From contig NC_083411.1 of NCBI RefSeq assembly GCF_020745735.1, forward strand, positions 23,395,263-23,459,262: a stretch of 64,000 bases of DNA, written 5' to 3'. The stretch is from Hemiscyllium ocellatum (Eukaryota). The translations under genes and the position numbers were made by a program. Within the stretch, counting starts at the first letter, position 1. Every line of letters starts with the position of its first letter. Positions 12,061 through 24,430 of this stretch are shown here, piece after piece. The notes beneath the pieces are model-generated. The model had not been told where the DNA came from. It was given only the letters and a program-made list of their open reading frames with translations, and did not search any database.

Positions 12061-13644
12061 GTTTAAATCCACAACATTTGACCCAGCAATGAGGGCAGTA
12101 TGTATGGAACCAGGCTAACATTCAGCAGTATTTATATTTCTGAAGTTGTTAACACAGCAACGTATCATTTTAGTTGTCATATCCATTATGAATGAAAACT
12201 AATGGAAACAGCTTTCTGCAGTCTTAACACAATTTCCTTTTGGTAAATGAAGGCGGAGTAGAAAGTCATCTTGTGCAACAGAACAGAATATGTGTTGATA
12301 TCCACAACAAGCAGCAGATGCAATACTGCCAAAGATGCATTTGTACCTTTTTGTTTTTCACAAATTAAGAAAAGGATTCCCTGGTATTTGGCGTTATTTC
12401 CAGGCAATTCCCAGAAACTAAACATTATAAATGATGAATTACCTCCCATACTCTTTGCTTAATTCTAACCTGATGGTTTAAAGACTGGTGTTCCTAATTG
12501 TTGTTTTTTGACTTGTGAATAAATTCTCTTCTCAATGTTGGTTGTTAAGACAACAGCAGATTAACATAAACAGCATTAAATAAATTTGTAATTGTACAGA
12601 GCACAGCAACATGTTCCAGGCAAACAGAAATGAATGCTTGTGTTATTAAAGTGAAAACTAGAACCCCTGACTGTAAAAGCCAAAATCAAATTTAAACTAT
12701 GGCACAAATTCAATCAAGAAGAATGTAACATAAAGACTGGTGAAAACTCCAATGGAAGAAAACCCTATAAGCAGTTGGAGTACCAAAGTCTTTCCACAGC
12801 TAAATACATTTTCACAATTTTTCATAATTTGAAGATAACTCAAAGATCTCATGGTAATGATAAGCCATTGACATATCATTTTCACCTGTTAATCATGGCA
12901 ATAATTCATAATTCTGAGGAACACAATGTAAAACATAACAGCTCAGCTGTAAAAGGGTATTTGAAAATTGGCTTTGGTTTGGATTTATCAGAGGTAGCAG
13001 TCCTTGGTGTGAAGATATAACACTGAAGTTAAGAAAATATTTTGAAATCATGAAATTCATGTTAGGTACATAATGCAATAAAATGTAACGTTACGAACAT
13101 GCCATAATGACTGTAAATTAGTAGTTAAACAATGGTTAGTCCAACTTGCACATCTTAATTAACCTGTATATTGTCCAGCAAATTGTGGTGAGAGAATTGT
13201 GTGAATTGCAAATTGTCACAAATTACTGGACAATTTGCTTGTTATAAGAGCTATCATAAACCTCAAGAGTTTCAAGAATTTCTGCATTTGTGTGAATATT
13301 AAATAAACTTGACTATTAGAGCTGGTGTTTAAAAGTGTAAGAACTCTTTCAATGGAAGGATGTGCTTTGGAATCACCATTTGACCTTTTCAGCTCAGAAA
13401 GAAGACAATTGATTTTGCAATGTCTCATTTCTGCAAGTAGTAAATACTTGGTGAATTTTAAAATTTTAAATGTACTTTTAAAAAGTCTCTTTTTGTTCTC
13501 ACTCTAAATGTAATCTTTATTTCCCCTTTTTCTCTCCTTCCTGCTTGGGATAAGTTTAACAAAAGGGGCACACAATGAAATGTCCCCCTCCAGCAAAATC
13601 TGGCCACCACATCTACTTATTTTGTTATTTTAATGGTCAGTATA

Positions 13645-14104
13645 CCTCCCTTGGTATGGAGGGATTGTCTTACAATCAACAATTTAAGCAGTTAGGACTC
13701 AACTCATTGGAAATTAGAAAAATGAGAGATGATCTCATTGACACATATGTGTTCTTAAGGGGCTTGACAGGGTAAATGTTAAGACGATGTTTGTCCTCAT
13801 GGACCAAAGGATATTGTCTCAGAATAAAGGGCTGCCAATTTATAACTGAGATGAGAAGGAATTTCTTCTCTCAGAGTGTTATAAGTCTTTGGAACTCCTT
13901 GTCACAGAGAGCTGTGGGGACAGGCTCCTGTGTATGTTAAAAGCTGAGATAGATAGATTCTTGATTAGAAGGGAATGAAGGGTTCGTAGAAAGGGAAGGG
14001 AAGTGGATGTGAGGAATATCAGATCAGGCATGATTCTATTGAATAGCAGAGCAGGTTTGAAGGGCCAAACAGCCTGCCCCTGCTCCTATTTCTTATGATC
14101 TCAT
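13645..14104 (+). mobile_element. CR1 LINE 3' fragment
   Basis: GMEGLSY..LGLNSLEIRKMRDDLIDTY; gagatgagaaggaatttcttctctcagag; tail tcttatgatctcat. Confidence 0.85.
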
Positions 14105-14261
14105 ATCCTAAAACAGCTTCACTAAGAAGATAATCCTATATTTTTCACACATAAGATCTCAGGGTCAGAGCTGTTGAGTATAAATCAGACCACTTTATTT
14201 TCTTTAAGTCTTTAATCCTGGTCTTTTTTTTTCATCACATCTGGCTTCAGCTGCATTTATT

Positions 14262-17200
14262 TAATTCACTTGTGGGATGTGGGCATTGCTGGCTGGCCAG
14301 CATTTATTGCCCGTTCCTAGTTACCTTTGAGAAAGTGGTGGTGAGCTGTCCCATGAACCACTGCAGTCTGTTGACCCACAATGTCACTGGGGCAGAAGGG
14401 ATTTCCATGATTGTGACCCAGCAGCATTGAAGTGACAGTGATATATTTCCAAGTCAGGATAGTGAGACTTTGGAGGGGAACTTGCAGGTGGTGGTGTTAC
14501 CATGTAAGTCTTGACCTTATCATTCTAGGTGGGAGTGGTTGTGGGTTGGAAGATGCTCTCTAAATATCTTTGACAATTTTATGCAAAGTATCTTGCAGAT
14601 AGTGGACACTGCTACTGCTGAACATTGGTGGTGGAGGGAGTAGCTGTTTCTGGATATGATGCCAGTCAAGCGGGCTGGTAGCTCTTGGATGGCATCAAGC
14701 TTCATGAGTGCTATTGGAACTGCACCCATCCGGGCTAGTGGGCAATATTCTAGCACACTTCTGACTTGTACGTTGTAGATGGAAGACAGGTTTTGGGGAG
14801 TCAGGAGATGAGATGGTTGCCATAGTCATCCTAGCCTTTGACCTATTCTTGTAGCCACAGTGTTTATTTGGTGAATCCACTTGAGTTTCTGGTCAATGGT
14901 AACTGTGCAGGATGTTGGTAGTGGGGGTTCATTGATGGTAACACTATTGAATGTCTAGGCGGTGGTTGGATTGTCTTTTATTGGAGATGGTTGATACCTG
15001 GCATTTCTCTTGTTAGCCCAAGGCTGGATGTTGTCCATTTGAACATGGACTGCTTCAGTATCTGATGAGTTGCGAATGGTGCTGAACATTGTGCAATCAT
15101 TGGTGAACATCACTATGTCTGACCTTATAATGGAGGAAAGGTCATTGATGAAGCAGCTGAAGATGGTTTGCCCTAAGTCACTGCCCTGAGGAACTCGTGC
15201 ATATATATTTTAGAGTTGAGATGACTGATCTCTGACAACTACAACCATCTTTTCGTGTGCCAGGTATGACTCCAACTAGTGGAGAATTTTCCCCCGACAC
15301 CCTTGATTCCAGTGTTGTTAGGGCTCCTTGTTGCCGCGCTCAGAAGAATGCAGCCTTGTTGTCAAGGGCTGTCACTCTCACCTCACCTCTGGAATATAGC
15401 TTTTGTTCATTTTGAACCTAGACTATGATAAGGGCAGGGGCTGAGTGGCCCTGGTGGAATCCAAACTGGGCATCACTGAGCGGGCTATTGCTGAGCAGGT
15501 ATTGCTTGATAGCACGATTGATGAAACTTTCCATCATGATCGACAGTAGACTGATGGGGTGGTAATTAGCAGGATTGGATTTGTCCTGCTTTTTACGTAC
15601 AGGACATGCCTGAATAATTTTCCACATTGTCAGGTCGATGCCAATGTTATAGCTGTATTAGAAGAGCTTGGTGAGTAGAGTGGAAAATTCTGGAGCACAA
15701 GTCCTCAGTACTATTGCTAGAATGTTGTCAAAGCTCACAGCCTTTGCAGTATCCAGTGCCTCCAACTGTTTTTTGATATCATGTGGAGTGAATCAAGTTG
15801 GCTGTAATTCCGTGGACCACTGGAAGAGGCTGAGATGGATCATCATTCAACACTCTTGGCTGAATATTGCATCGAAAGCTGCAGCCTTATCTTTTGCACC
15901 GATATGCTGGGCTTTTCCATCATTAAGGATGATTATATTTGCGAACTTCCTCATCCAGTGAGTTGTTTAATTGTCCATCGCCCTTCACAACTGGATGTGC
16001 AGAACTGCAAAGCTTAGATCTAATCTGTCAGTTGTAGAATCACTTAGCTCTCTCTGTCACTCACAGCATATGCTGTTTATCATGCAAGTAGTCCAGTTTG
16101 GTAGCTTAATCAGGTTGACACCTCATTTTCAGGTAAGCCTGGTGTAAGTCTTGAAATGCGCTCTCCATTGAATCAGGGTTGATCCCCGGCTTGATGGTAG
16201 TCATTGAGTGGGGCCATGGGGTTGCAGATTGTGCTGGAGCATAGTCCTGCTGCTGTTGATGGTCCACAGCACCTCCTGGATTATCAGTCTTCAATTGCTA
16301 GATCTGTTCAAGGTCTATCCCATTTAGCATGGTGAAGCATGGGGTCTTCTGAAGGTGGCACTTTGTCTTCACAAGGATTGTACAGTGATCACTCTTAGCA
16401 ATCCTGACCTGACATCTGCAGCCAGCAAATCATAGCGTCATAGAAATGTACAGCATGGAAACAGACCCTTCGGTCCAACCCATCCATGCCGACCAGATAT
16501 CCCAACCCAATCTAGTCCCACCTGCCAGCACCCGGCCCATATCCCTCCAAACCCTTCCTATTCATATACCCATCCAGATGCCTTTTAAATGTTGTAATTG
16601 TACCAGCGTCCACCACTTCCTCTGGCAACTCATTCCATACACGTACCACCCTCTGCGTGAAAACGTTGCCCCTTAGGTCACTTTGATATCTTTCCCCTCA
16701 CACCCTAAACCTAAGCCCTCTAGTTCTGGACTACTGACGCAAAATACTCATTTAGTATTTCCCCCATTTTCTGCGGCTCCACACAAGGCTGCCTTGCTGA
16801 CCTTTGAGGGACCCTATTCTCTCCCTAGTTATCCTTTTGTCCTTAATGTATTTGTAAAAACCCTTTGGATTATCCTTAATTCTATTTGCCAAAGCTATTT
16901 CATGTCCCCTTTTTGCCCTCCTGATTTCCCTCTTAAGTATACTCCTATTGCCTTTATACTCTTCTAAGGATTCCCTCGATCTATCCTGTCTATACCTTAC
17001 ATATGCTTTCTTCTTTTTCTTTCGTCCTCCAGCATTCCTTGTACCTACCAGCCTTTCCTTTCACCCTAACAGGAATATACTTTCTCTGGATTCTCGTTAT
17101 CTCATTTCTGAAAGCATCCCATTTTCCAGCCCTCCCTTTAGCTGTGAACATCTGCACCCAATCAGCTTTTGAAAGTTCTTGCCGAATACCAGTAAGGATG

Positions 17201-18032
17201 AGATCAAGTTTTTTTTTCTGCCTTGTAGGTTCCCTCATTATTGGCTGCAGATCCAATCTAATAGCTATGGCCTTTAGGACCCAACCATCACGATCATTGA
17301 TACTACTTTTGACCACTCTAGGTTTGGTACATGTAACTCCCCATCCAGAGTACGTTTTGTGCCCTTGTCACCCTCAGTACTTCCCCCACGTTTTGGAGTC
17401 CTGATGCATTAGCTGAGGGAGGACAGTACGTGTTAAACAGTAGAACGTTCCCTTGACTATATTTGACCTGAAATCATGAGACATTGTGGGGTCCACAATT
17501 AATGTTGAGGACTCCCAGGGTAACTCTCTCCCAACTGTAGACAACTGTGCCAGTCTGTTGGTGGCACAGGACATATCCAGGGATGGTGATGCTAGTTTTG
17601 GGACATTGTTTATAAAGCATGACTAAGTCAAGCTGTTGCTTGACGAGTCTATGAGAATAGCTCTCCCAATTTTGACACTTAAATTAGTATGGAGGGCTTT
17701 GCAGGGTCGACAGGGCTATTTCTGCCCTTATCTTTTCTGTGTCCAGGTGATCCAATTGTTTAATTTCTTACTTGAGACTTTGTTGCAATTGATACAACTG
17801 AATGGCTTGCTAAAGCATTTCAGAGGGAAATTATGAGTCAACCACATTGCTGTAGACCAGGTAAGGATGGCAGATTTCCTTCCCCCAATGGCATTAGTGA
17901 ACCAGACAATGGTTTCATAGTCATCAGTGGATTCTTAATTCCAGATACTGTGACGAGATATGAACCTGAGTCTCCAGAACATTAGCTGAGTTTCTGGATT
18001 AATATCTAGTGATAATACCACTCTGCCATTGC
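14262..18032 (-). mobile_element. Near full-length decayed non-LTR retrotransposon (jockey/CR1 group, clade unassigned) with tRNA-like 5' head and APE+RT remnants
   Basis: EN remnants (REPTR..LDLILT), RT NPANYHPISLLS..DAQFGF..GHSA, VPQGS.LG..IFSCFINDL; box A at 18018-18028 and box B at 17956-17966 on -; 3' tail 14262-14325; CR1 insert at 16431-17190. Confidence 0.85.
16431..17190 (-). mobile_element. Internally deleted CR1 inserted into the LINE above
   Basis: 3' UTR/C-terminus 16431-16731 joined directly to the EN-RT linker (RQELSKADW..KWDAFRNEI..YIPVR) 16732-17190; RT core absent. Confidence 0.85.
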
Positions 18033-18899
18033 AACCCCACGATGAAAGGCCCTAAACTCTGGAAATACTCCCCCAAATCGATCTGTTCTCCATCTCTCTA
18101 GTTGCACAACGTTCCTAAAACCTACCTTTAATAACTGGGATTTTGGTTACCACCCCTGATCCCTTCTTGAGGCATGTTTGGCAATGGTCCAGTGAAGCGT
18201 GCTGGGATATTTTCCTATGTCAAAGGTAATCTGCAAATACAAGTTGTTGTTGTGGGTCTCAGCAGGACATAAATATGTAAATACTTTAAATTGCAACCTT
18301 CTTGCTTTGTTTCAGGAGCTCAAAAGTGGTGGTTGTAACAACTTGGCAACTGAACTATACTGGCAGCTGTTGGCTGGATGGTGAGCTATGTTGTGTTTTG
18401 TGGCGGTGTATTTGCATATATATTTCCAGTCAGCTGTTTGCATAAAATTGGACCAATTCCTTGGTGGTCTTCTGGGAGACAATTTCTGGGAAGCTTGGTC
18501 ATTATCTCCGACATTCTTTGCATGTTTGACAGCCTGATGCAATTAGGAGAGATACATATTTAATTTCCATTGTCCCTTGTCGAACTTTGTAGCTACCAGG
18601 AAATATATCTTGTAGAGGCTTATTCCAATTCTTCAATTTTTTTTCTCGTTATGACAGTGAGAGGGAGAGGAAAAGAGAGAACTCCAAGGGAGGTTAGCTG
18701 CAAACTCCCTTCTAAAGTTACAGGTAGGATTCTTGTTCATGTCTAACATTACATTGAATTTGAGGTAATCGTTGGATTCATGTTTTGAAGGGGAGGTTTT
18801 TCTATTCTTCAGAATAACATTGTGAATCTGTCTGCTGTCACAATGGCTTTTTTAACAAAGTTATTTTTAATGCATTTGCTTAACTGTCTGATTTTTCTT

Positions 18900-19045
18900 T
18901 AATCATTCATGGGATGTGGACATTTTTGATTGGGCCAACATTTATCAGCCATCCCTTGTTGTCCTTGAGAAGATGGTTGGAAGCTGCTGTTTGGAATCTC
19001 GCATTCTGTTCAGTGTAGGTAGACCCACTGTGCGGTTACGGAGAC
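18900..19045 (-). mobile_element. Short 3' tail fragment of the jockey/CR1-group LINE
   Basis: attcatgggatgtggaca..ggccaacatttat..ccatccctt..ccttgagaagatggt matches 14265-14350. Confidence 0.75.
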
Positions 19046-19069
19046 AGTTTGATTTCATTTGGTTCGATT

Positions 19070-20400
19070 TGATTTATTCGGTATCTAAGTTTTGTTTTGC
19101 GTGCAGTACAGGCAGATCATGCCATACAAAGTGGATAGGATAATAGAACAGAATGAAGAATACAATGTTACAGCTGAAGAGAAGGTGCACAGAGACCAAG
19201 ATCAACATTAAATTTAATATATGAGAGGTCCATTCAGACATCTAATAACAGAGGGGAAGAAACTGTTCTTGAATATATTTGTATGTGCATACAAGCTTTT
19301 ATATCTTCTACCTGATGGATGAGGGTGCAAGAGAGTATAACCAGAGTGGGAGGGGTCTTTGATTATGCTGGTTGCTTTCCCAAGGCAGGTATAGAAGGAG
19401 TCAATGTGTGTTCATGACTCTCTGTAGTTTCTTGCGGTTTTGGTAACAGCAATTGCCAAACCACACTGTGACACATCCAGATAGGATGCTTTCAATGGTG
19501 TACACTTAAAAATTGGCAAGAGTCTTTAAGGACATGCCAAATTTCCTTAGCCTCATGAGGAAGTTGAGATTTGGTGTGCTTTCTTGATCATTGTATCGAC
19601 ATGATTGGACCGGGACAGATTGTTGATGATCATCACTCCCAACAACGTGATGCTCCAGACCAGCTCCACCTCTTCACCATTGATGCAGATGGGGGCGTGC
19701 CCTCCACATCGTCTCCTGAAGTCAATGATTAGCTCCTTCAGTTTTTTTATGTTGATGGAGAGATTGTTGTCTTTACATCAGGCCACTAAGCACTCAAGCT
19801 CTTCCCTGTATTCTGTCTCGTCATTGTTTCAGATCCGCCCTATGCCCGGTGATGTCATCAGCAAATTTTAAGTGGAGTTGGGATGGAATTTGGCCACACA
19901 AGTGGTGAGTGTATGAGGTTTATAGTAAGGGCTGAGCAAGCAGCCTTTTAGGGCAGCAGTGTTGAGGACTATGGTGGAGAAGTTGTTGCCTATTCTTACT
20001 GACTGAGATCAATAGGTCAGAAAGTCGAGGATCCAAATCCAGAGGGGGGAGCTGAAATCTACGTCTTGGAATTTAGGGATGAGTTTGTTTGGAATTGAAG
20101 GTGAAACTGTAGTCAAAAAGCAGGAGCTTGACATAAATGTCCTTGTTATCCCGATATTCTGGGGATTAGTGTAGAGCTCGGGACAACACATCTGCTGTGG
20201 ATCCATTAGGTCAGTGGGTGAATTGCAAAAGGTCAAGACAATTTGGTAGGCTGGAGTTAATGTCAGCCATGACTAACTTCTTGAAGCACTTCATAATTAT
20301 GGAGGATAGAGCTACCATTGAGGCACAGTGCATGATTTTTCTTTGGCACTGGGATGATGGTGATCTTCTTGAAGCAGGTGGGGACTTCAGATCATAGTAA
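19070..20400 (-). mobile_element. Rex1/Babar-type LINE, 5'-truncated, decayed
   Basis: Minus-strand PNKLIPKFQD..SSPLWIWILDFLT, typical of Rex1 RT; 3' region shared with 31250-31610. Confidence 0.75.
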
Positions 20401-20744
20401 GTTTTAAAGTAGAGTGCAAAAGAAGAGAGATGAAGATCGGGATAACTCTAGGGACATGGGTTACCAAGGAAGCTGAATACACTGACAAGAGCTTTTGTTC
20501 AGCTCCTTGGTCTGCTACCATTACTGAATATTGAGACAACAAAAAATGGATAATTCTTATTTCTATGTGGAAAAAGCACACTTATGAAGGTAATAATTGT
20601 GAAGTGTATTTGGAGACTATCAAAATAAGTCAAAAATTGCAACAGAGCCCATAGAATAGATCTCTTTAGCTGTGGGAAGTAGGAATGATGCATTTTACTC
20701 AGTCAATTGAAACATCTTTTTTAATACAATCAAAGCTGTGCCTT

Positions 20745-21030
20745 CAGCAAAGTACTAAGAGAATGCTGCACTATCTGAATTGACACCTTCTGAATGACAT
20801 TAAATTGAAACTCCATCTGTTTGTTCAATCAATTCCATTGAAGTAAAGCAAAGTATCCACAAGCTGTTCTGGCTAAATTTCAAACTTCAACTAAAACAGA
20901 CTAGTCATTTATTTCATTTCTAAATTGTGAGCTTTTGTGTTATGTAAATTACCTCCCTAGATTTCTGTTTAAGAATGACCACATTTGGAAAGAATTGTAT
21001 TGATTGTAAAGTACTTTGGAACATTCTGCT
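20745..21030 (+). mobile_element. Ancient DeuSINE (SacSINE1/AmnSINE1-like), highly diverged
   Basis: gtactaagagaatgctgcact...ctaaaacagactagtcatt...gtgagctt..gtaaatt...ttgtaaagtactttgg follows the Deu-domain/tail order as recalled. Confidence 0.5.
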
Positions 21031-21194
21031 GTCACCAGTTGTACAATGTAATTCGTTACGGGGAAAAGGAAAGAACTGACATAGTGCTGGGCTAAAGGAG
21101 TCTTCTGTAGCACTGTGCAGAAAGAGTAGGAGGTGTGGTATTTCAAGTAAAAGCAAACCAGCCTCCTTGCACTAACCCAGGCCTTGGAAACGAT

Positions 21195-22400
21195 GATGAC
21201 AAACACAGCCATGTCAAGCCTGAGAGGTTCTACATGCTAACATCTGGAGACTAGTGTCAAAATTGGGAGATCTGTCTCACAGACTAGTCAAGGAACAGTC
21301 TGGCATCATTATATTCATGGAATCATAGACAGACAGGGTAGATCAGAAGGTGTTTAGTACACTTGCCTTCATTGCTCAGACCTTTGGGTATACGAGTTGA
21401 CATGTGATCTTGAGGTTGTACAGGACCAGGGTGAGGCCTCTTCTACAGTACTGTGTGCACTTCTGGTCACCCAGTTAGAAGAAGGATTTAATTAAATTGG
21501 AGAGGGTTCAGAAAAGAGCTATCAGAACTTTGGTGGGAATGGAAGGCCTGAGTTATAAAAATAGGCTGGAAAGACTGGGTCTTTTTTGACTGGAGTGTAG
21601 GAGGTTGAGGTGTGACCTTATAGAGGTTTATAAAATCATGAGGAGTATGGATAAGCTGAATGACAAGAGTTCTTTTTTCCCTATGGTGGGGGACTTCAAA
21701 ACCAGGGGGCATATTTTTCAGGTGAGATGAGAAAGATTTAAAAAGGACACAAGGGACAACCTTTTTATGCAGAGAGTGGTTCATGTGTGGAATGAACTAT
21801 TAGAGAACTTGGTGGATACAGATAAAATTATAACATTTAAAAGACATTTAGATAAGTTCATGATAGGAAACTTTTGGAGGGAGATGGGCCAAGTGCAGGC
21901 AGGCGAGACTACTTTGATTTGGGAACATGGTTGATGTGGACTGGTTGGACTGAAGGATCTGTTCCATGCTGCTTGACTCTGATATATCCCAGACACCACC
22001 ATCACCATCCCTGAATATGTCTTCTCCATCTGGTTGGGGAGAGGGGATGGGACAGTAGTGTACCATTTGGGGGCAACTACCTAGAAGTTCTCAATGTTGA
22101 CACCAGACACATTGAGGTCACATGACATCAGGTCGCACATGGACAAAAGAAAAGTGTTGAATAATGTACTGTGCCCATTTCTCACCTAACATGACCGATG
22201 AATCAGTACTCTTCCATGTTGAACACCTGGAGGAAAGCTAGGTGCAGAATATACTTTGGTTAGGGTCTTCAATGTCCATCACCAAGTGTGGCTTGGCAGT
22301 TGCATGACTGACTGAGTTCATTGATTCTGAAGGACTTGGCCAGTGGGTTTAGGTTTGCGGCAGGTGACGAAGGAACCACCAAGATTGAAAAACATATTTG
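21195..22400 (+). mobile_element. Endonuclease-region fragment of the jockey/CR1-group LINE, split by a CR1
   Basis: gtgtcaaaattgggaga..cacagactagtcaag (21255-21290) and caccatcaccatccctg..aaggaaccaccaag (21995-22385) match 17200-17680 in reverse. Confidence 0.75.
21332..21981 (+). mobile_element. CR1 LINE 3' fragment
   Basis: ggttgaggtgtgaccttatagaggtttataaaatcatg; tail gaaggatctgttccatgctg..gactct. Confidence 0.9.
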
Positions 22401-23292
22401 AAGCTCTTAGTCTAGCATTAATTCTCAGAGGTGAAAGGGCTTTCTTAGTAGCACCAAACATTGCCAATACGATAGTAACGTTGACAAAGCTTTTCTATTG
22501 CATTCATCAGGACAAATGCAAAAATATCAGATTTCAAATTATTGCAATTTGAACTGTAGGAAAAAAGGGTGCTGGTTGGTACAGCAATGTCAAATATGAT
22601 TGGCGAGGGTGTTGCCCTGAAGGCAACAGACCCTAGAGGTTCCCCAAATACCTGAGTAATTAGAAAAGGATGCAAAGCTTGAACATATTATTTTTCCTTA
22701 CAACAAATTGGTCCCTGAATATGAATGGATTGCTTCTAGCGAGTGTAAGTAAGCCAAATTATAAGCTTCAAGAGTGTTGTGCTGAAAAAGCACAGCAGAT
22801 GAGGCAGCATCCAAGGAGCAGGAGAGTTGATGTTTTGGGTATAAACCCTTCATCAGGAATGAGGCTTGTGAGCCAAAGGGGTAAAGAGATAAATGAGAAG
22901 GATGGGGGGTTTGGGAGAGAGGTAGCTGGGAATGTGATAGATAAATGAAGGTGGGAGTAATGGTGATAGTTTGGAGAGAAGAGTGGCGAGGAAAGGAGGG
23001 AAGGAAGATGGAGAGGTAGGATAGGACATGAGGGCGGTGCCAAGTTGGAAGTTTGGATCTGGGATAAGATGGGGTAAGGGGAAATGAGGAAACTGGTAAA
23101 ATCCACATTAATCACGTGTGGTTGGAGGGTCCCAAGGCAGAAGATGAAGCATTCTTTCTCCAGGCATCAGGTGGTTAGGGTTTGGTGATGGAGGAGGCCC
23201 AGGACTTGCATGTCCTTGGAGGAGTGGGAGGGGGAGTTGAAATGTTCGGCCACGGAGTGATGGGGTTTCTTTGTGCATGTTCCAGAGATGTT

Positions 23293-24430
23293 ACATAGAA
23301 CATTACAGTGCAGTACAGGCCCTTCAGCCCTCAATGTTGCGCCAACCTGTGAAATTAATCTGATGCCCATCTAACCTACACCGTTCCATTATTATCCACG
23401 TGTCTGTCCAATGCCCATTTAAATGCCTTTAACGTCGGCAAATCTACTACTGTTGCAGGCAGATTGTTCCACGCCCCACCACTCTCTGAGTAAAGAAACT
23501 ATCCCTGATATCTGTCCTAAATCTATCACCGCTCAATATAAAGGTATGTCCCCTTGTATTAGCCTTCACCATCCGAGAGAAAAGGCTCTCACTCTCCACC
23601 CTATCTAACCCTCTGATCATCTTATACGTCTCGATTATGTCACCTCTCAGCCCTCTTCTCTCCAACGAAAACAGCCTCAGTTCCCTCAGCCTTTCCTCAT
23701 AAGACCTTCCTTCCATACCAGGCAACATCCTAGTAAATCTCCTCTGAACCCTTTTCAAAGCTTCCACGTCCTTCCTATAATGTGATGACCAGAACTGCAT
23801 GCAATACTCCAGGTGCAGCCTTACCAGTGTCTTGTACAGCTGAAGCATGATCTTGTGGCTCCAAAACTCAATCGCCCTACCAATAAACACCAACACACCA
23901 TATGCCTTCTTAACAACCCTATCAACCTGGGTGACAACGTTCAGAGATTTATGTACCTGGGCACCGAGATCTCTCTCTTCATCTGCACTGCTAGGAATTT
24001 TACCATTAGCCCAGTACTCTGCATTCCTGTTATTTCTTTCAAAGTGAACTACCTCACACTTTTCCTCATTAAATTCCATTTGCCACTTCTCAGCCAGCTC
24101 TGCATCTTATCTATGTCCCTCTGTAGCCCACAACATCCTTCAGCACTATCTACAACTTTGCCTATCTTAGCGTCAGCCACAAATTTATTAACCCACCCTT
24201 CTACGCCCACATCCAGATCATTTATAAAAATGACCAACAGCAGTGGCCCCAAAACAGATCCTTGCAGCATACCACTAGTAACTGAGCTCTAGCTTGAACG
24301 TTTCTCATCAACCACCACCCTCTGTCTTCTTTCAGCAAGCCAATTTCTGATCCAATTCACTAAGCCACCTTCAATCCTGAAAGTCCATATTTTGTGCAAT
24401 ACTCTACCATGTGGAACCTTATCAAACCTT
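23293..24430 (-). mobile_element. CR1 LINE 3' 1.1 kb inserted in the inverted Penelope arm
   Basis: [25 protein letters not shown]; 210-aa ORF 23447-24079; atgtt duplicated at both ends. Confidence 0.93.
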
